From contig OZ244780.1 in NCBI GenBank assembly GCA_965219565.1, forward strand, positions 1,006,287 through 1,070,286: a DNA stretch of 64,000 bases, in the 5' to 3' direction. Position 1 is the first letter of the stretch. Every line of letters begins with the position of its first letter. This document shows positions 28,489 through 37,679 of the stretch, one piece after another. The notes beneath the pieces were generated by a model. It searched no databases, was not told the origin of the DNA, and saw only the letters and a program-made list of their open reading frames with translations. The stretch comes from Dehalococcoidia bacterium. GTDB taxonomy: Bacteria > Chloroflexota > Dehalococcoidia > Lucifugimonadales > JAGWBF01. The position numbers were made by a program, and so were the translations under genes.

Positions 28489-29061
28489 TCAGGGAGCCGT
28501 CGATGCGTCCACGTCCGGCGCTCCTAGACCCTGGTGGTAGTCGCCTATGGCGATGGCGTTCCATTCATGGGTGGACTTGCCCGTGCCGATCATGCCCCAC
28601 CTGGTCATGACGGTGTAAGCCAGTTCCTCTTTACCTGCGTTGGCCCTCCCCAACATGGCGATGCGGACATCCTTAAGGGGATATATGAACAGGCGTATGT
28701 CGTGTTCCCTGGACCACTCGTCCAGGACCTTGCCTAAGGCCTCGACGCTCTCCTTCCTTTGAGGCAGATGCAACAGAGACTGGCGTCCGCAAGCGGCCTC
28801 CGTGGGTCGCCAGAGCTGGGCCATCCGTTCCAGCTCTTTCTTGATGTTTTCCAACCGTTCCGGCAGCTTTGTGTGCTTGGAGCCGCATTTGGGATCCATC
28901 GCGCCGGTGTTCACGATGCTCCAGGCACACCCCTCTTGCCCTTGCAGCCGTTTAGGGTACCGGCCTTCGCTAGGCCCTTCCAACTCGGGGTTGTTCTCGG
29001 TTGAGAAGAGGGCCCAGCCCAACTCCCTTACCGACAAGTCTATCGCCAACAGGTTAGCCAC
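28489..29061 (-). CDS. RuvC-like / RNase H-fold protein (divergent; function uncertain)
   Basis: N-terminal LLAIDLSVRELGWALF resembles RuvC ILGIDPGxxxxG. The C-terminal THEWNAIAIGDYH resembles the RuvC xDAADAxAIAxxH helix. There is a mid-protein PTEAAC (Glu). Confidence 0.5.
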   Translation of the reverse strand: MANLLAIDLSVRELGWALFSTENNPELEGPSEGRYPKRLQGQEGCAWSIVNTGAMDPKCGSKHTKLPERLENIKKELERMAQLWRPTEAACGRQSLLHLPQRKESVEALGKVLDEWSREHDIRLFIYPLKDVRIAMLGRANAGKEELAYTVMTRWGMIGTGKSTHEWNAIAIGDYHQGLGAPDVDASTAP

Positions 29062-29120
29062 GCGTTGCGCCTTCCTTCATTGGGCATTGGGTCGGATGCG
29101 TGAGAATTCCCCGCACTCCT

Positions 29121-29348
29121 TTAGGAATTATACGTCGCTGATGCCAATCCAGACGCATCGGACGACGCTTTTGTTCCGCGTCTTTTCCTGGAAGTCCCTG
29201 GCGCGTTTGCCCAGACAGTCTCCTGGAGGACCGCAAAGTCGAAAGGATTGTTGAGCCAGTAGTTCCTGGCACACTGAAGGCATCTCCAGTGGTCCTCTTC
29301 CTTGTACAGGTCACCGCTGCACCTGGTGCATCCCCTGAGTCTGAACAT
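29121..29348 (-). CDS. small 4-Cys zinc-ribbon protein
   Basis: MFRLRGCTRCSGDLYKEEDHWRCLQCARNYW. GGAGG RBS before ATG 29348. The longer track ORF (to 29483) runs through an A/T-rich promoter-like region. Confidence 0.5.
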   Translation of the reverse strand: MFRLRGCTRCSGDLYKEEDHWRCLQCARNYWLNNPFDFAVLQETVWANAPGTSRKRRGTKASSDASGLASATYNS

Positions 29349-29652
29349 CGTACCAGCCTCCGCTATTTGCTCTTGTTGACTCTTAGCACACCTTAACAAT
29401 CGAATATTAATAATTTGTTTAGGAATGCTAGGATTTTGCCGGATCTTCTCGGGAACTGGCCCCGGAAGGATATTTCGGGCCAAGGTGTTGAGAATATCAG
29501 CACATTTGTACTAGGGTCAACGTTGCGGCGTCACCCCCCTTGCGGCTGGCTCATTGCGAACCGTTCTCAGGGGAGTTATCATGCAGGCAAGTGACTCAAC
29601 GGTCCGGATACGACCGGGCAGCGGCCAATCTGGGCAGGCTCAGGAGGCCTCC

Positions 29653-30579
29653 ATGAGCATACGTGTAGGGTACATGCCGGGCGGCTATCCCGCCGGTGAA
29701 GAGGGGAAAAGCCATCTCAAGCGCCTGGTGGAAGTGGGAGACGAGTATGGCTATGACTCGATATGGCTCTCTGACAGGGTGGTTGGGGAGAGGTTCAGCC
29801 CAGAGCCCATGATTGCCATGGCCATGGTCGCCGGATACTCACAGACCCTCAAGTTCGGCACGAGCGTGCTGCAGCTTCCCATCCGGAGTCCCGTAGTGCT
29901 GGCCAAGGAGATGGCAACTCTGGACTATCTTTCCGACGGCCGGTTTCTGCCCGCCATCGGGCTGGGCCAGGAAGACCCCCGGGAGTACGAGGCCTGCGGC
30001 GTGTCTAAGGCAGACCGGGGCAAGCGCACCGACGAGGCTATGGAGGTCATGCGCCGGCTCTGGCACGAGGACAACGTGACCCACGAGGGACAGTTCTACA
30101 CCCTCCATGATGTGACTGTCACCCCCAAACCCGTGCAGGAACCTTCCCTCCCCGTTTGGGTTGGGGGCCGGAGCAAGGCGGCCCAGCGGCGGGTCGGACG
30201 AGTCGGGGACGGATGGCTGGTTTCCTTTGCCACTCCCGACGAGGTGGCGCAGGGCATCGAGGTGGTGTTTGAGACCGCTGGAGAGTACGGACGGAGTGTG
30301 GACGAGGACCACGTGGGGGCCCTGATTGGATTTTACATCGCACCTAGTAGAGAAGAAGCCGAGGAGCGGGCCGAGGGTTACCTGACCCGCACTCGTGACG
30401 ACGCCCATTTCACTGAATACACGGCTCTGGGGCCGCCTGACGAGGTCCGTGGCCTGGTGCAGCAGTACCTGGAAGCGGGCGCATCCAAGTTCGTGGTCAG
30501 GCCCACCTGCCGGCCGGAGGAGACTCTGGAGCAGCTGGAGCTATTTGGCAAAGAGGTCCTCCCCGACTTCCACGGCTAG
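29653..30579 (+). CDS. LLM-class F420-dependent oxidoreductase
   Basis: YGYDSIWLSDR, LQLPIRSPVVLAKEMATLDYLSDGRFLPAIGLG and PKPVQEPSLPVWVGG. AGGAGG RBS before ATG 29653. Confidence 0.85.
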   Translation: MSIRVGYMPGGYPAGEEGKSHLKRLVEVGDEYGYDSIWLSDRVVGERFSPEPMIAMAMVAGYSQTLKFGTSVLQLPIRSPVVLAKEMATLDYLSDGRFLPAIGLGQEDPREYEACGVSKADRGKRTDEAMEVMRRLWHEDNVTHEGQFYTLHDVTVTPKPVQEPSLPVWVGGRSKAAQRRVGRVGDGWLVSFATPDEVAQGIEVVFETAGEYGRSVDEDHVGALIGFYIAPSREEAEERAEGYLTRTRDDAHFTEYTALGPPDEVRGLVQQYLEAGASKFVVRPTCRPEETLEQLELFGKEVLPDFHG

Positions 30580-30650
30580 GCTGATTCTACCGGAAACCCT
30601 GCGATTCGGCTATAGTCATCCCCCAGACTAACGGCTCCGGGGACACACCT

Positions 30651-31793
30651 CTATTCACCGAAATAATGGCGCCTTATGATTGGCTCGGCTATGGCCGCAG
30701 ACTCCGAATCAGCGTCGGTGACGAATGCGGCCATCATGTAACATGCCCCCACCTCGATGCCTCCACACTCTTCGTCATATGCCTGATCGCGCATAGTCTC
30801 GTACAGTCTACTAAACCCGGCGCTGGACGCCGACTCCCCCAGGCTCTCGTGAAGATCGAGGAACAAGGCCCGGCCCAGCGCGTAAGCACAGTGAGAGCTG
30901 CGAGAGACCGAAGGAAGTCCCTTCACGGCTCGCTCCCGTTCTAGATGGTCCAGCTCGGAGAGGTTGTCTACGATACCGCAGAGGTCGGACGAGAACACCA
31001 CGTCCGCCGAGATGGCGCTGAAGAAGTCGGCTCCTCCCTCGGTAATCCAGACGGAGGGCAAGGCCCAATAAGTATGGGCCAGTTCATGAGCTATAATATG
31101 CTTGTTTTCTTCCAGTCCAGGGTCCACAGTGAGAAGCCCGGTCGGCCCTCCGCCTCCGGCGGCTGGTGTGGCGTCTGCAACGAGCAGACCGACGTAAGTC
31201 TTGGGGAAAGGTATCTTCATGAATCCTTCCTGACGCCGCAGGCTCCGCTCCAATATATCCATGGTGGGGTAGGTCGCGTCTGGCGTAACATGGATGACCG
31301 ATGCGATCGTCTCCCCGGTGTAAGGAAGATCGACTACGCGCTTCTCGACCTTTATTTGCTGAGGATCCAGAAGAACCTCCAGAAGTTCTGGTCGATGTCT
31401 GATCACCTGCCCCACCGCCGCGACGACCATTCTGTGTTCATCGGTGATCCCACCCCGGAGAGTCGGATGCGACAGGACCGCCTGCAGATATTCCCCATCG
31501 GCCTCATAGAACAGCCTCCACAATGAGCTCATCGCAGCCGAATCTGCGCCGTCAATGATGTCCAGGAAAGGCATGTCGACAATCTGCAGCGCCGTAGCCT
31601 CATCGCTATGGGTATGAGACGGTGACGACATTGAAGCCAGTATAGACAAGACAAACATCTCGTCTGAGTTGGGGCTGTCTTGCAGCCACGACTTGCTGGC
31701 AACAACCTGCAACACCTTCAGTGAACTCAGCCCCAACTCCCTAAGCAAAAAACCGCATCCTGCTCGGATACAACCAGGCCGTCTCGAACCCAT
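30651..31793 (-). CDS. gluzincin (peptidase MA, M1-like HExxH...E) domain protein; probably the 3' part of a frameshifted gene
   Basis: [11 protein letters not shown] followed by [10 protein letters not shown]. The N-terminal 120 aa continue the repeat module of the upstream ORF. No signal peptide of its own. Confidence 0.65.
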   Translation of the reverse strand: MGSRRPGCIRAGCGFLLRELGLSSLKVLQVVASKSWLQDSPNSDEMFVLSILASMSSPSHTHSDEATALQIVDMPFLDIIDGADSAAMSSLWRLFYEADGEYLQAVLSHPTLRGGITDEHRMVVAAVGQVIRHRPELLEVLLDPQQIKVEKRVVDLPYTGETIASVIHVTPDATYPTMDILERSLRRQEGFMKIPFPKTYVGLLVADATPAAGGGGPTGLLTVDPGLEENKHIIAHELAHTYWALPSVWITEGGADFFSAISADVVFSSDLCGIVDNLSELDHLERERAVKGLPSVSRSSHCAYALGRALFLDLHESLGESASSAGFSRLYETMRDQAYDEECGGIEVGACYMMAAFVTDADSESAAIAEPIIRRHYFGE

Positions 31794-33346
31794 GGCAAAG
31801 ACTCCAACACGGCGCCCGCATCGGGATCTTGTATCCTTAGAGCCAGCAGCGCCACTATCCCTGTCTGGCCGTCGGCTATGCCGCCACTGAGCATGGGATT
31901 GGCGATCGGGCTTTCAAGTTCGGCCCTCTCGATCTCCGTAAGAATCTGTATTGGGAGCAAGTCGTCTGCTTCGAAAGTCTCAAGGAACGGCATGTTCACC
32001 AGACGCGCCGCCATCTTCTGGTCTGTGTGAGAGATTTCCAGAATATGCGACAGGGCTGTCCTTTCCCTAGAACCGATCCCATTTTGTGCCCAAGGCTTGC
32101 TGGCTAGGCTGAGGAATGCTTCTGGCGACTTGAGATAGAGTTCGAAGAGATCTAATACGACCCCGGATTCCAAGCTGGCTCTTGACGGAACGGCGAAGGA
32201 TACGTTGGCCTCGCTGAACGGCTCGATACCATCATGTAACCACGGTAGGTCTTCAACGGCCGCCGCAACCCCAGGACCTTGAGACTCCAAATACACCAAA
32301 GCGACTTCCGCCGGCCACAAGGCGTCGGGCAGTGCCGGGTTCCCAAGGAGCTGACTGGCTCCTTGTGGGTCGCTCCGCAACAAGCTGATGAAAATCGACA
32401 CCGTACTGGAGTCGTTCGTAACCTCAACCGAGTCCAAAAACGGCAACCTCACGATCTGGGCCGCCGCCGAGTCGTCTAGCGTGGCAAGATTTTCGATACG
32501 GTAAAGGACGAACGCCCTGTCTCTGGTGAAACCCTCCGGAGTTCCCTGAATCCAGGGCTTGTCCATCACGGTCCAGAATACTCTTGGGAATTGCGTTGCA
32601 AGCCGTTCGAGCCTCTCAACGTCCTCGGGGTTCCCGTCTTCGACCCAGGGGAGAGCCTCGATGGCAGCCGTAGCGTCTTCGGTTGGACGCGGCGTAGGCA
32701 TGGGAGTTGGCGGCGGCGTGGCTGTTTGAAGAGGCGTAGCGGTTGGACGCAGCGTAGGCATGGGAGTTGGCGGCGGCGTGGCTGTTTGAAGAGGCGTAGC
32801 GGTTGGACGCGGCGTAGGCATGGGAGTTGGCGGCGGTGTGGCCGTTGGAAAAGGCGTAGCGGTTGGACGCGGCGTAGGCATGGGAGTTGGCGGCGGCGTG
32901 GCTGTTTGAAGAGGCGTAGCGGTTGGACGCAGCGTAGGCATGGGAGTTGGCGGCGGCGTGGCTGTTTGAAGAGGCGTAGCGGTTGGACGCGGCGTAGGCA
33001 TGGGAGTTGGCGGCGGTGTGGCCGTTGGAAAAGGCGTAGCGGTTGGACGCGGCGTAGGCATGGGAGTTGGCGGCGGTGTGGCCGTTGGAAAAGGTGTAGC
33101 GGTTGGGTGCGGCGTAGGCGTGGAAGGTGGCGACAGAGTGGGTATAGCGGTGGGGAACGCAGTAGCTTTAGAAGTAGGTTGGGGCGGCTCTTTCTGCGCC
33201 TCGCTGGGTGTGGGAGTCAGTGTGTTCGCTGGCAGCGGCGTAGATGCAGGTTCGAGGTCGGCATTGCAGGCCACCAGCAAGGCCGCGGCAACCAAATACA
33301 GCAGCACGAACGGAATCCAAAACGTTCGCTGTCTAAGTTTGATCAT
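31727..33346 (-). CDS. secreted lipoprotein with a long Pro/Thr tandem-repeat linker and LPWxxDG / PFL(D/E) repeat modules; probably the 5' part of a frameshifted gene
   Basis: Signal peptide plus lipobox LLVAC. About 7.3 copies of a 20-aa unit [20 protein letters not shown], followed by two and a half copies of a roughly 110-aa module. Confidence 0.7.
   Translation of the reverse strand: MIKLRQRTFWIPFVLLYLVAAALLVACNADLEPASTPLPANTLTPTPSEAQKEPPQPTSKATAFPTAIPTLSPPSTPTPHPTATPFPTATPPPTPMPTPRPTATPFPTATPPPTPMPTPRPTATPLQTATPPPTPMPTLRPTATPLQTATPPPTPMPTPRPTATPFPTATPPPTPMPTPRPTATPLQTATPPPTPMPTLRPTATPLQTATPPPTPMPTPRPTEDATAAIEALPWVEDGNPEDVERLERLATQFPRVFWTVMDKPWIQGTPEGFTRDRAFVLYRIENLATLDDSAAAQIVRLPFLDSVEVTNDSSTVSIFISLLRSDPQGASQLLGNPALPDALWPAEVALVYLESQGPGVAAAVEDLPWLHDGIEPFSEANVSFAVPSRASLESGVVLDLFELYLKSPEAFLSLASKPWAQNGIGSRERTALSHILEISHTDQKMAARLVNMPFLETFEADDLLPIQILTEIERAELESPIANPMLSGGIADGQTGIVALLALRIQDPDAGAVLESLPWVRDGLVVSEQDAVFCLGSWG
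32681..33120. repeat. 60-bp tandem repeat (about 7.3 copies) organised as a perfect 180-bp higher-order duplication
   Basis: 32701-32880 and 32881-33060 are identical. Each consists of three 60-bp subunits differing at a few positions. The array is in-frame coding sequence. Confidence 0.95.
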
Positions 33347-33869
33347 CGTCCAAATCCTCGTATCAGTGCGTCAGCGAGGCGGTGGCTGTCGTTGGTAACC
33401 GATCACGAGGTCGCCTTGATTGACGGAATGGTGGGTTATTGAAGATGGATATGCATCCTGTCCGAATGATTTATCAGAAACATATCAACCGAGGAACATT
33501 TATGCAACTGACGTCTCTTTCTGCAGCTAGGTTAGACACCACGATTAAGATGCCACGTGTTAGGTTTGGCGCCATTCCTCCAACGATTGAATATTCCTAG
33601 GCCGACGCAAAGACCCCGGGCCAGTACCCTTCATGTGAAATGCCCGGCTTTCGTGAACCTCTCCAGCTGAGCAATGAAGTCAAGAGGCAGCCAGGACGGA
33701 ACGCATTTGTCCTTCTAATACGTTGTATGTAGAGAGAAGCGTCAAAGACTTGCTTGTCTCTCGAAAGGCGTCGGGTTCTCGTGTCCGCACGAATTGACAC
33801 CCACACAGCGGCGTATATATACTCGATGCATATACTCAAAGGCTGAGAAGAGGAGTAGTAGGTTTTCAA

Positions 33870-34143
33870 GCGGGGCTACAGAGAGCCGGGTGAGATGAGA
33901 GCCGGCGCTGGCGCGAAAACTGAATGGACCTCTGAGCCGCAGGGCGAAACCTCCCCTTACACGAGCGGGGAACAGTAGCCCGAGCCGGGTGGAGCCCGTT
34001 ACAGGTCCACGGCACGGAGGGCGGCGCATCCCTCCCCGCCGGTTGAGACGCCCCAAGCGGCCGCGCACTGGACATCAAGCCGCAGGGCAAGAAGGGTGGC
34101 GCCACGGGAACGTCCCGTCCCTTGAGGACTGGGCGTTTTTTTA
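33870..34143 (+). promoter_or_regulatory. T-box riboswitch leader, tryptophan-specific (specifier UGG)
   Basis: In order: AGAGAG (33880), GAA-UGG-A specifier context (UGG 33925-33927), AGUA (33974), F-box CCGUUA (33996-34001), T-box GGGUGGCGCCACGGG (34094-34108), and a terminator hairpin plus U-run. Confidence 0.8.
34111..34143 (+). terminator. intrinsic terminator of the T-box leader
   Basis: CGUCCCGUCC-cuuga-GGACUGGGCG followed by UUUUUUU. Its 5' arm overlaps the antiterminator/T-box sequence. Confidence 0.7.
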
Positions 34144-34196
34144 TTGCCCCGTGATCCTTTTGTGGATGGGACATATTAGGGGAAACAAGGAGCGGA

Positions 34197-35216
34197 ATGA
34201 CCAACGGCAAAAGACGGATACTCACGGGAATGCGTCCCACCGGAAAACTCCACCTGGGGCACTATGCGGGCGCTCTGGAAAACTGGGTGCGGCTGCAGCA
34301 CGAGTATGAATGCTACTTTCTAATCGCCGACTACCAGGCGCTGGGAGACCACATCCGAGACATCGCCGGAATACGCCGGTCGGTTATCGACGTGGCCATG
34401 GACTGGCTGTCCGTAGGGCTGGACCCTGAGGAGAATGCTTTCGTGGTCCAGAGCTACGTGCCTGAGCACGCAGAGTTGACCATGTACATGGCCATGCTCA
34501 CTTCCCTGGGACGGCTCCAGCGCAATCCCACTCTGAAGAACGAGATGGCCCAGTTGGCCGACGAAAAGACCGAGGTGACTCTGGGGTTCTTCAATTACCC
34601 GGTGAGCCAGGTGGCCGACATACTTCTACCTAAGGGCGAGCTGGTGCCTGTGGGAGAGGACCAGGCGCCCCACATAGAGTTCGCAAGAGAGCTCGCCCGG
34701 AAGTTCAACCGGACTTACGGGAAGGTTTTCCCCGAGCCCCGTGCCATGGTGGGCAGGGTGCCCCGGCTGGTGGGAGTGGACGGTCAGGCCAAGATGAGCA
34801 AGAGTCTGGACAATGCCATCTATCTGTCCGACGACGCCAAGACCGTCGAGAATAAGATTAAGCGCATGATCACCGACGTGACGGGCAAGAATCCTCGCCT
34901 CAAGGCCACCGATCCCGGCGTGGTTGAGTATAATCCGGTGTTCCTGTACCACGACGCCTTCAACCCCGACACCCAAGAGGTGGATGACTTGAAGGACCGC
35001 TACGGGAAAGGAATGGTCAGTGATGCCGAAGTGAAGCAATCTCTGATCAAGGCCCTCAACGACTTCCTTGATCCCATCCGCGAGAGGCGCGCCCACTACG
35101 AGTCCAATGTCGGTGAGGTGAACGAGGCGATAGACTCCGGGACCAAGCGCGCCAAGGTCATAGCCCAACAGACGATGCAGGAAGTCCGCGAGGCCATGCA
35201 GGTCATATACACGTGA
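34197..35216 (+). CDS. trpS: tryptophan--tRNA ligase
   Basis: TGKLHLGHYAG (HIGH) and KMSKS motifs. 339 aa. Confidence 0.95.
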   Translation: MTNGKRRILTGMRPTGKLHLGHYAGALENWVRLQHEYECYFLIADYQALGDHIRDIAGIRRSVIDVAMDWLSVGLDPEENAFVVQSYVPEHAELTMYMAMLTSLGRLQRNPTLKNEMAQLADEKTEVTLGFFNYPVSQVADILLPKGELVPVGEDQAPHIEFARELARKFNRTYGKVFPEPRAMVGRVPRLVGVDGQAKMSKSLDNAIYLSDDAKTVENKIKRMITDVTGKNPRLKATDPGVVEYNPVFLYHDAFNPDTQEVDDLKDRYGKGMVSDAEVKQSLIKALNDFLDPIRERRAHYESNVGEVNEAIDSGTKRAKVIAQQTMQEVREAMQVIYT

Positions 35217-35268
35217 CCTTGCGGCCTACAGGCTCCACGGGAGACATCCAAGAAAGTATGGACAAGCC

Positions 35269-36717
35269 ATGTATAAACCGACTCTGGACGAAGTGAAGGC
35301 CATGGCGGGCCAGGGCAACCTGGTCCCCATATACCGGGAGATTGAAGCTGACCTGGAGACTCCAGTCTCCGCGTATTTAAAGGTGGCCCGGTCTCCCTAC
35401 TCTTTCCTACTGGAAAGCGTCGAAGGCGGGGAGAAGCTGGCCCGGTACAGTTTTATCGGCACGGACCCCTACAAGATTCTCAAGACAGGCAGGGGCACCG
35501 CAGAGGGCGCCGTAGACCCCCTCATTCCCATCAAGGCGGAGATGGACAAGTATAAGCTGATCCCTACACCGGAGCTGCCCAGGTTCCACGGCGGCGGCGT
35601 CGGATACCTGGCCTACGACGTGGTGAGATATTTCGAGCCGAGACTCAAAGAACCTCCGCAGGACACCCTGGGACTTCCCGAGTCGGTCTTCATGTTCACC
35701 GACACTCTCCTGGTGTTCGACCATCTTGCCCACACCATCAAAGTGGTCAGCCATGTATTTCTAGATGGCGACGTGGAAGCGGCGTACAGGGACGCCGTGG
35801 CCAAGATAGAGCGCATGGTGGACCGGCTAACGATGCCCCTGGAGTTCCCGCGCTCTTTGAAAGTGGACCCCTCAACGGTGGGGCAACCTGTGGAGTCCAG
35901 CTTCACCCAGGCCGAGTATGAAGCGGCGGTGGAGGAGGCGGTTGAATACACCCATGCCGGGGACATCATCCAGGTGGTGCCCTCCCAACGGCTGCGGCGC
36001 AAGACCGATGCCCATCCCTTTCAGATATATCGCGCCCTGCGTTCTATCAACCCATCGCCTTACATGTATTATCTGGAATTGGGCGATATGCATATTGTTG
36101 GCGCATCCATAGAAACGCTGGTGCGGGCCGAGGACGGAGTCGTCGTCACCCACCCCATCGCCGGCACCCGACCCAGAGGGAGCACTCCAGCCGAGGATGC
36201 GGCCCTGGAAGAGGAGCTAAAGACCAGCGAGAAGCAGCGGGCCGAACACATCATGCTGGTGGACCTCGCGCGAAACGACGTGGGCCGTGTCAGCATTCCG
36301 GGTTCGGTGCACGTTCCCGACCTGATGTACGTCGAGAAGTACTCCAGGGTCATGCACCTCGTGTCTCACGTGGAGGGGCGGCTGAAGCCTGAGCTTAACG
36401 CTTACGACGCACTGCGGGCGTGCTTCCCGGCGGGGACTCTGTCCGGCGCCCCCAAGATACGGGCTATGGAGATCATCAGCGAGCTGGAGGGCGACAAGCG
36501 AGGCCCCTACGGCGGCGCTGTGGGGTACTTCAGCTTCTCGGGCAACGTGGACACGGCTATCGTACTGAGGACGGCGGTCATCAAAGACGGCGTGGCCTAT
36601 GTGCAGGCGGGAGGAGGAGTGGTGGCCGACTCCACGCCCACCGACGAGTACGAAGAGACCCTCCACAAGGCCGGAGCCCTGCTCCGCGCTATCGACAAGG
36701 CCGAAGGCCTGGCGTAG
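35269..36717 (+). CDS. trpE: anthranilate synthase component I
   Basis: LLESVEGGEKLARYSFIG, ...GTLSGAPKIRAMEII and GGAVGYF motifs. Confidence 0.95.
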   Translation: MYKPTLDEVKAMAGQGNLVPIYREIEADLETPVSAYLKVARSPYSFLLESVEGGEKLARYSFIGTDPYKILKTGRGTAEGAVDPLIPIKAEMDKYKLIPTPELPRFHGGGVGYLAYDVVRYFEPRLKEPPQDTLGLPESVFMFTDTLLVFDHLAHTIKVVSHVFLDGDVEAAYRDAVAKIERMVDRLTMPLEFPRSLKVDPSTVGQPVESSFTQAEYEAAVEEAVEYTHAGDIIQVVPSQRLRRKTDAHPFQIYRALRSINPSPYMYYLELGDMHIVGASIETLVRAEDGVVVTHPIAGTRPRGSTPAEDAALEEELKTSEKQRAEHIMLVDLARNDVGRVSIPGSVHVPDLMYVEKYSRVMHLVSHVEGRLKPELNAYDALRACFPAGTLSGAPKIRAMEIISELEGDKRGPYGGAVGYFSFSGNVDTAIVLRTAVIKDGVAYVQAGGGVVADSTPTDEYEETLHKAGALLRAIDKAEGLA

Positions 36718-36754
36718 GCGACCCTGCCATCGACAACTGAGAAAAGACTGTTGA

Positions 36755-36991
36755 GTGAAGTTCACCGACTACTTTTTGAACATGCGCCGCCGTCCTGACC
36801 GTGCTGTCATTGAATTAGACTGGATTCAGCGTGTGATAGACTATCCGACAAGAGAAGCTGTTCAAGCCGATGGACGCATTCGTCGATGGGCGTCAATTTC
36901 GGAGATGGGTGGAAGATGGCTTCGGGTTATTCTATTGCCGGACAAGGAAACCGTACATAACGCTTTCTTTGACAGGTCGTTCAAGCTATGA
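36755..36991 (+). CDS. DUF4258-like toxin candidate
   Basis: 78 aa with a GTG start and RIRRWASISEMGGRWLRVILLPDKETVHNAFFDR. Its stop overlaps the next start by 4 nt (ATGA). Confidence 0.6.
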   Translation: MKFTDYFLNMRRRPDRAVIELDWIQRVIDYPTREAVQADGRIRRWASISEMGGRWLRVILLPDKETVHNAFFDRSFKL

Positions 36992-37185
36992 AGATTAAAT
37001 ACTACCGAGACACGGACACCCTCTACATCGAGCTTTGCGCCGCCGAGGTGGACGAGACGCGAGACTTGGACGAAAACACCCTTCTCGATCTAGACAGAGA
37101 TGGGCGACTCTGTGCCATAACTATCGAGCACGCCAGCGACCGTATGGCTATTCCATCTTTCTCGTATGAGCAAATCCCGGCCTGA
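36988..37185 (+). CDS. DUF2283-like antitoxin candidate
   Basis: MKIKYYRDTDTLYIEL...DENTLLDLDRDGRLCAITIEHAS is the typical DUF2283 pattern. Confidence 0.65.
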   Translation: MKIKYYRDTDTLYIELCAAEVDETRDLDENTLLDLDRDGRLCAITIEHASDRMAIPSFSYEQIPA

Positions 37186-37229
37186 TCCACACTTGATCGG
37201 AATGGCGTATTCCGAGAGAACGTGACTCC

Positions 37230-37565
37230 ATGGTGCATTTGACGACTGACGAACAGGCGTGGTTAGACGAGTATAGGCGCGAACTTAAGGAGCGTTTTCC
37301 GGGGAACGTGGAAGACGTTGTTATCTTTGGCTCAAAGGCCCGGGGCGACGACCGCCCCGATAGTGACGTAGATGTGTTGGTGGTCCTCCGGGAAGGAGGC
37401 AGACAAATTAAGAGGGAAGCCCGTCTTCTGGGCCACAGGCTCGCGGCTGCCTCAAACGCTGTCCCGTCAATCCTGGTTTACACCGACTCTGAATGGCAAG
37501 ACCGAGCAAGAGGCGGTTCGCCATTTTACCGATCTGTAATGCGTGATGGAGTGCGCGTGCTGTGA
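37230..37565 (+). CDS. nucleotidyltransferase-domain protein (MNT-type antitoxin-like)
   Basis: VVIFGSKARGDDRPDSDVDVLVVL, matching the GSxxRG...DxD minimal nucleotidyltransferase motif. Confidence 0.75.
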   Translation: MVHLTTDEQAWLDEYRRELKERFPGNVEDVVIFGSKARGDDRPDSDVDVLVVLREGGRQIKREARLLGHRLAAASNAVPSILVYTDSEWQDRARGGSPFYRSVMRDGVRVL

Positions 37566-37679
37566 ACCAAGCGGTTGTCGGAGAGTTGAAACGAGCTGGG
37601 AGACGGGTAAGCTCTGCTGGGTGTTCCATACTGGGGCAGGCAATGTGAATGTAGAACAGATAAATCCGGAAGGAGTGAA

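Noticed and set aside
32681-33120. Possible CRISPR array, given the regular 60-bp periodicity
   Set aside because: The units are contiguous with no unique spacers. They are in frame within a long ORF and encode a Pro/Thr linker. No cas genes are present.
32591-33442. 283-aa Arg/Trp/Gly-rich ORF on the plus strand (also 33000..33398)
   Set aside because: It is the antisense reading of the 60-bp Pro/Thr repeat array. Its periodic [19 protein letters not shown] sequence is an artefact of the repeat.
33597-34240. Minus-strand ORFs of 90-124 aa upstream of trpS
   Set aside because: They overlap the T-box leader, whose conserved elements explain this sequence better.
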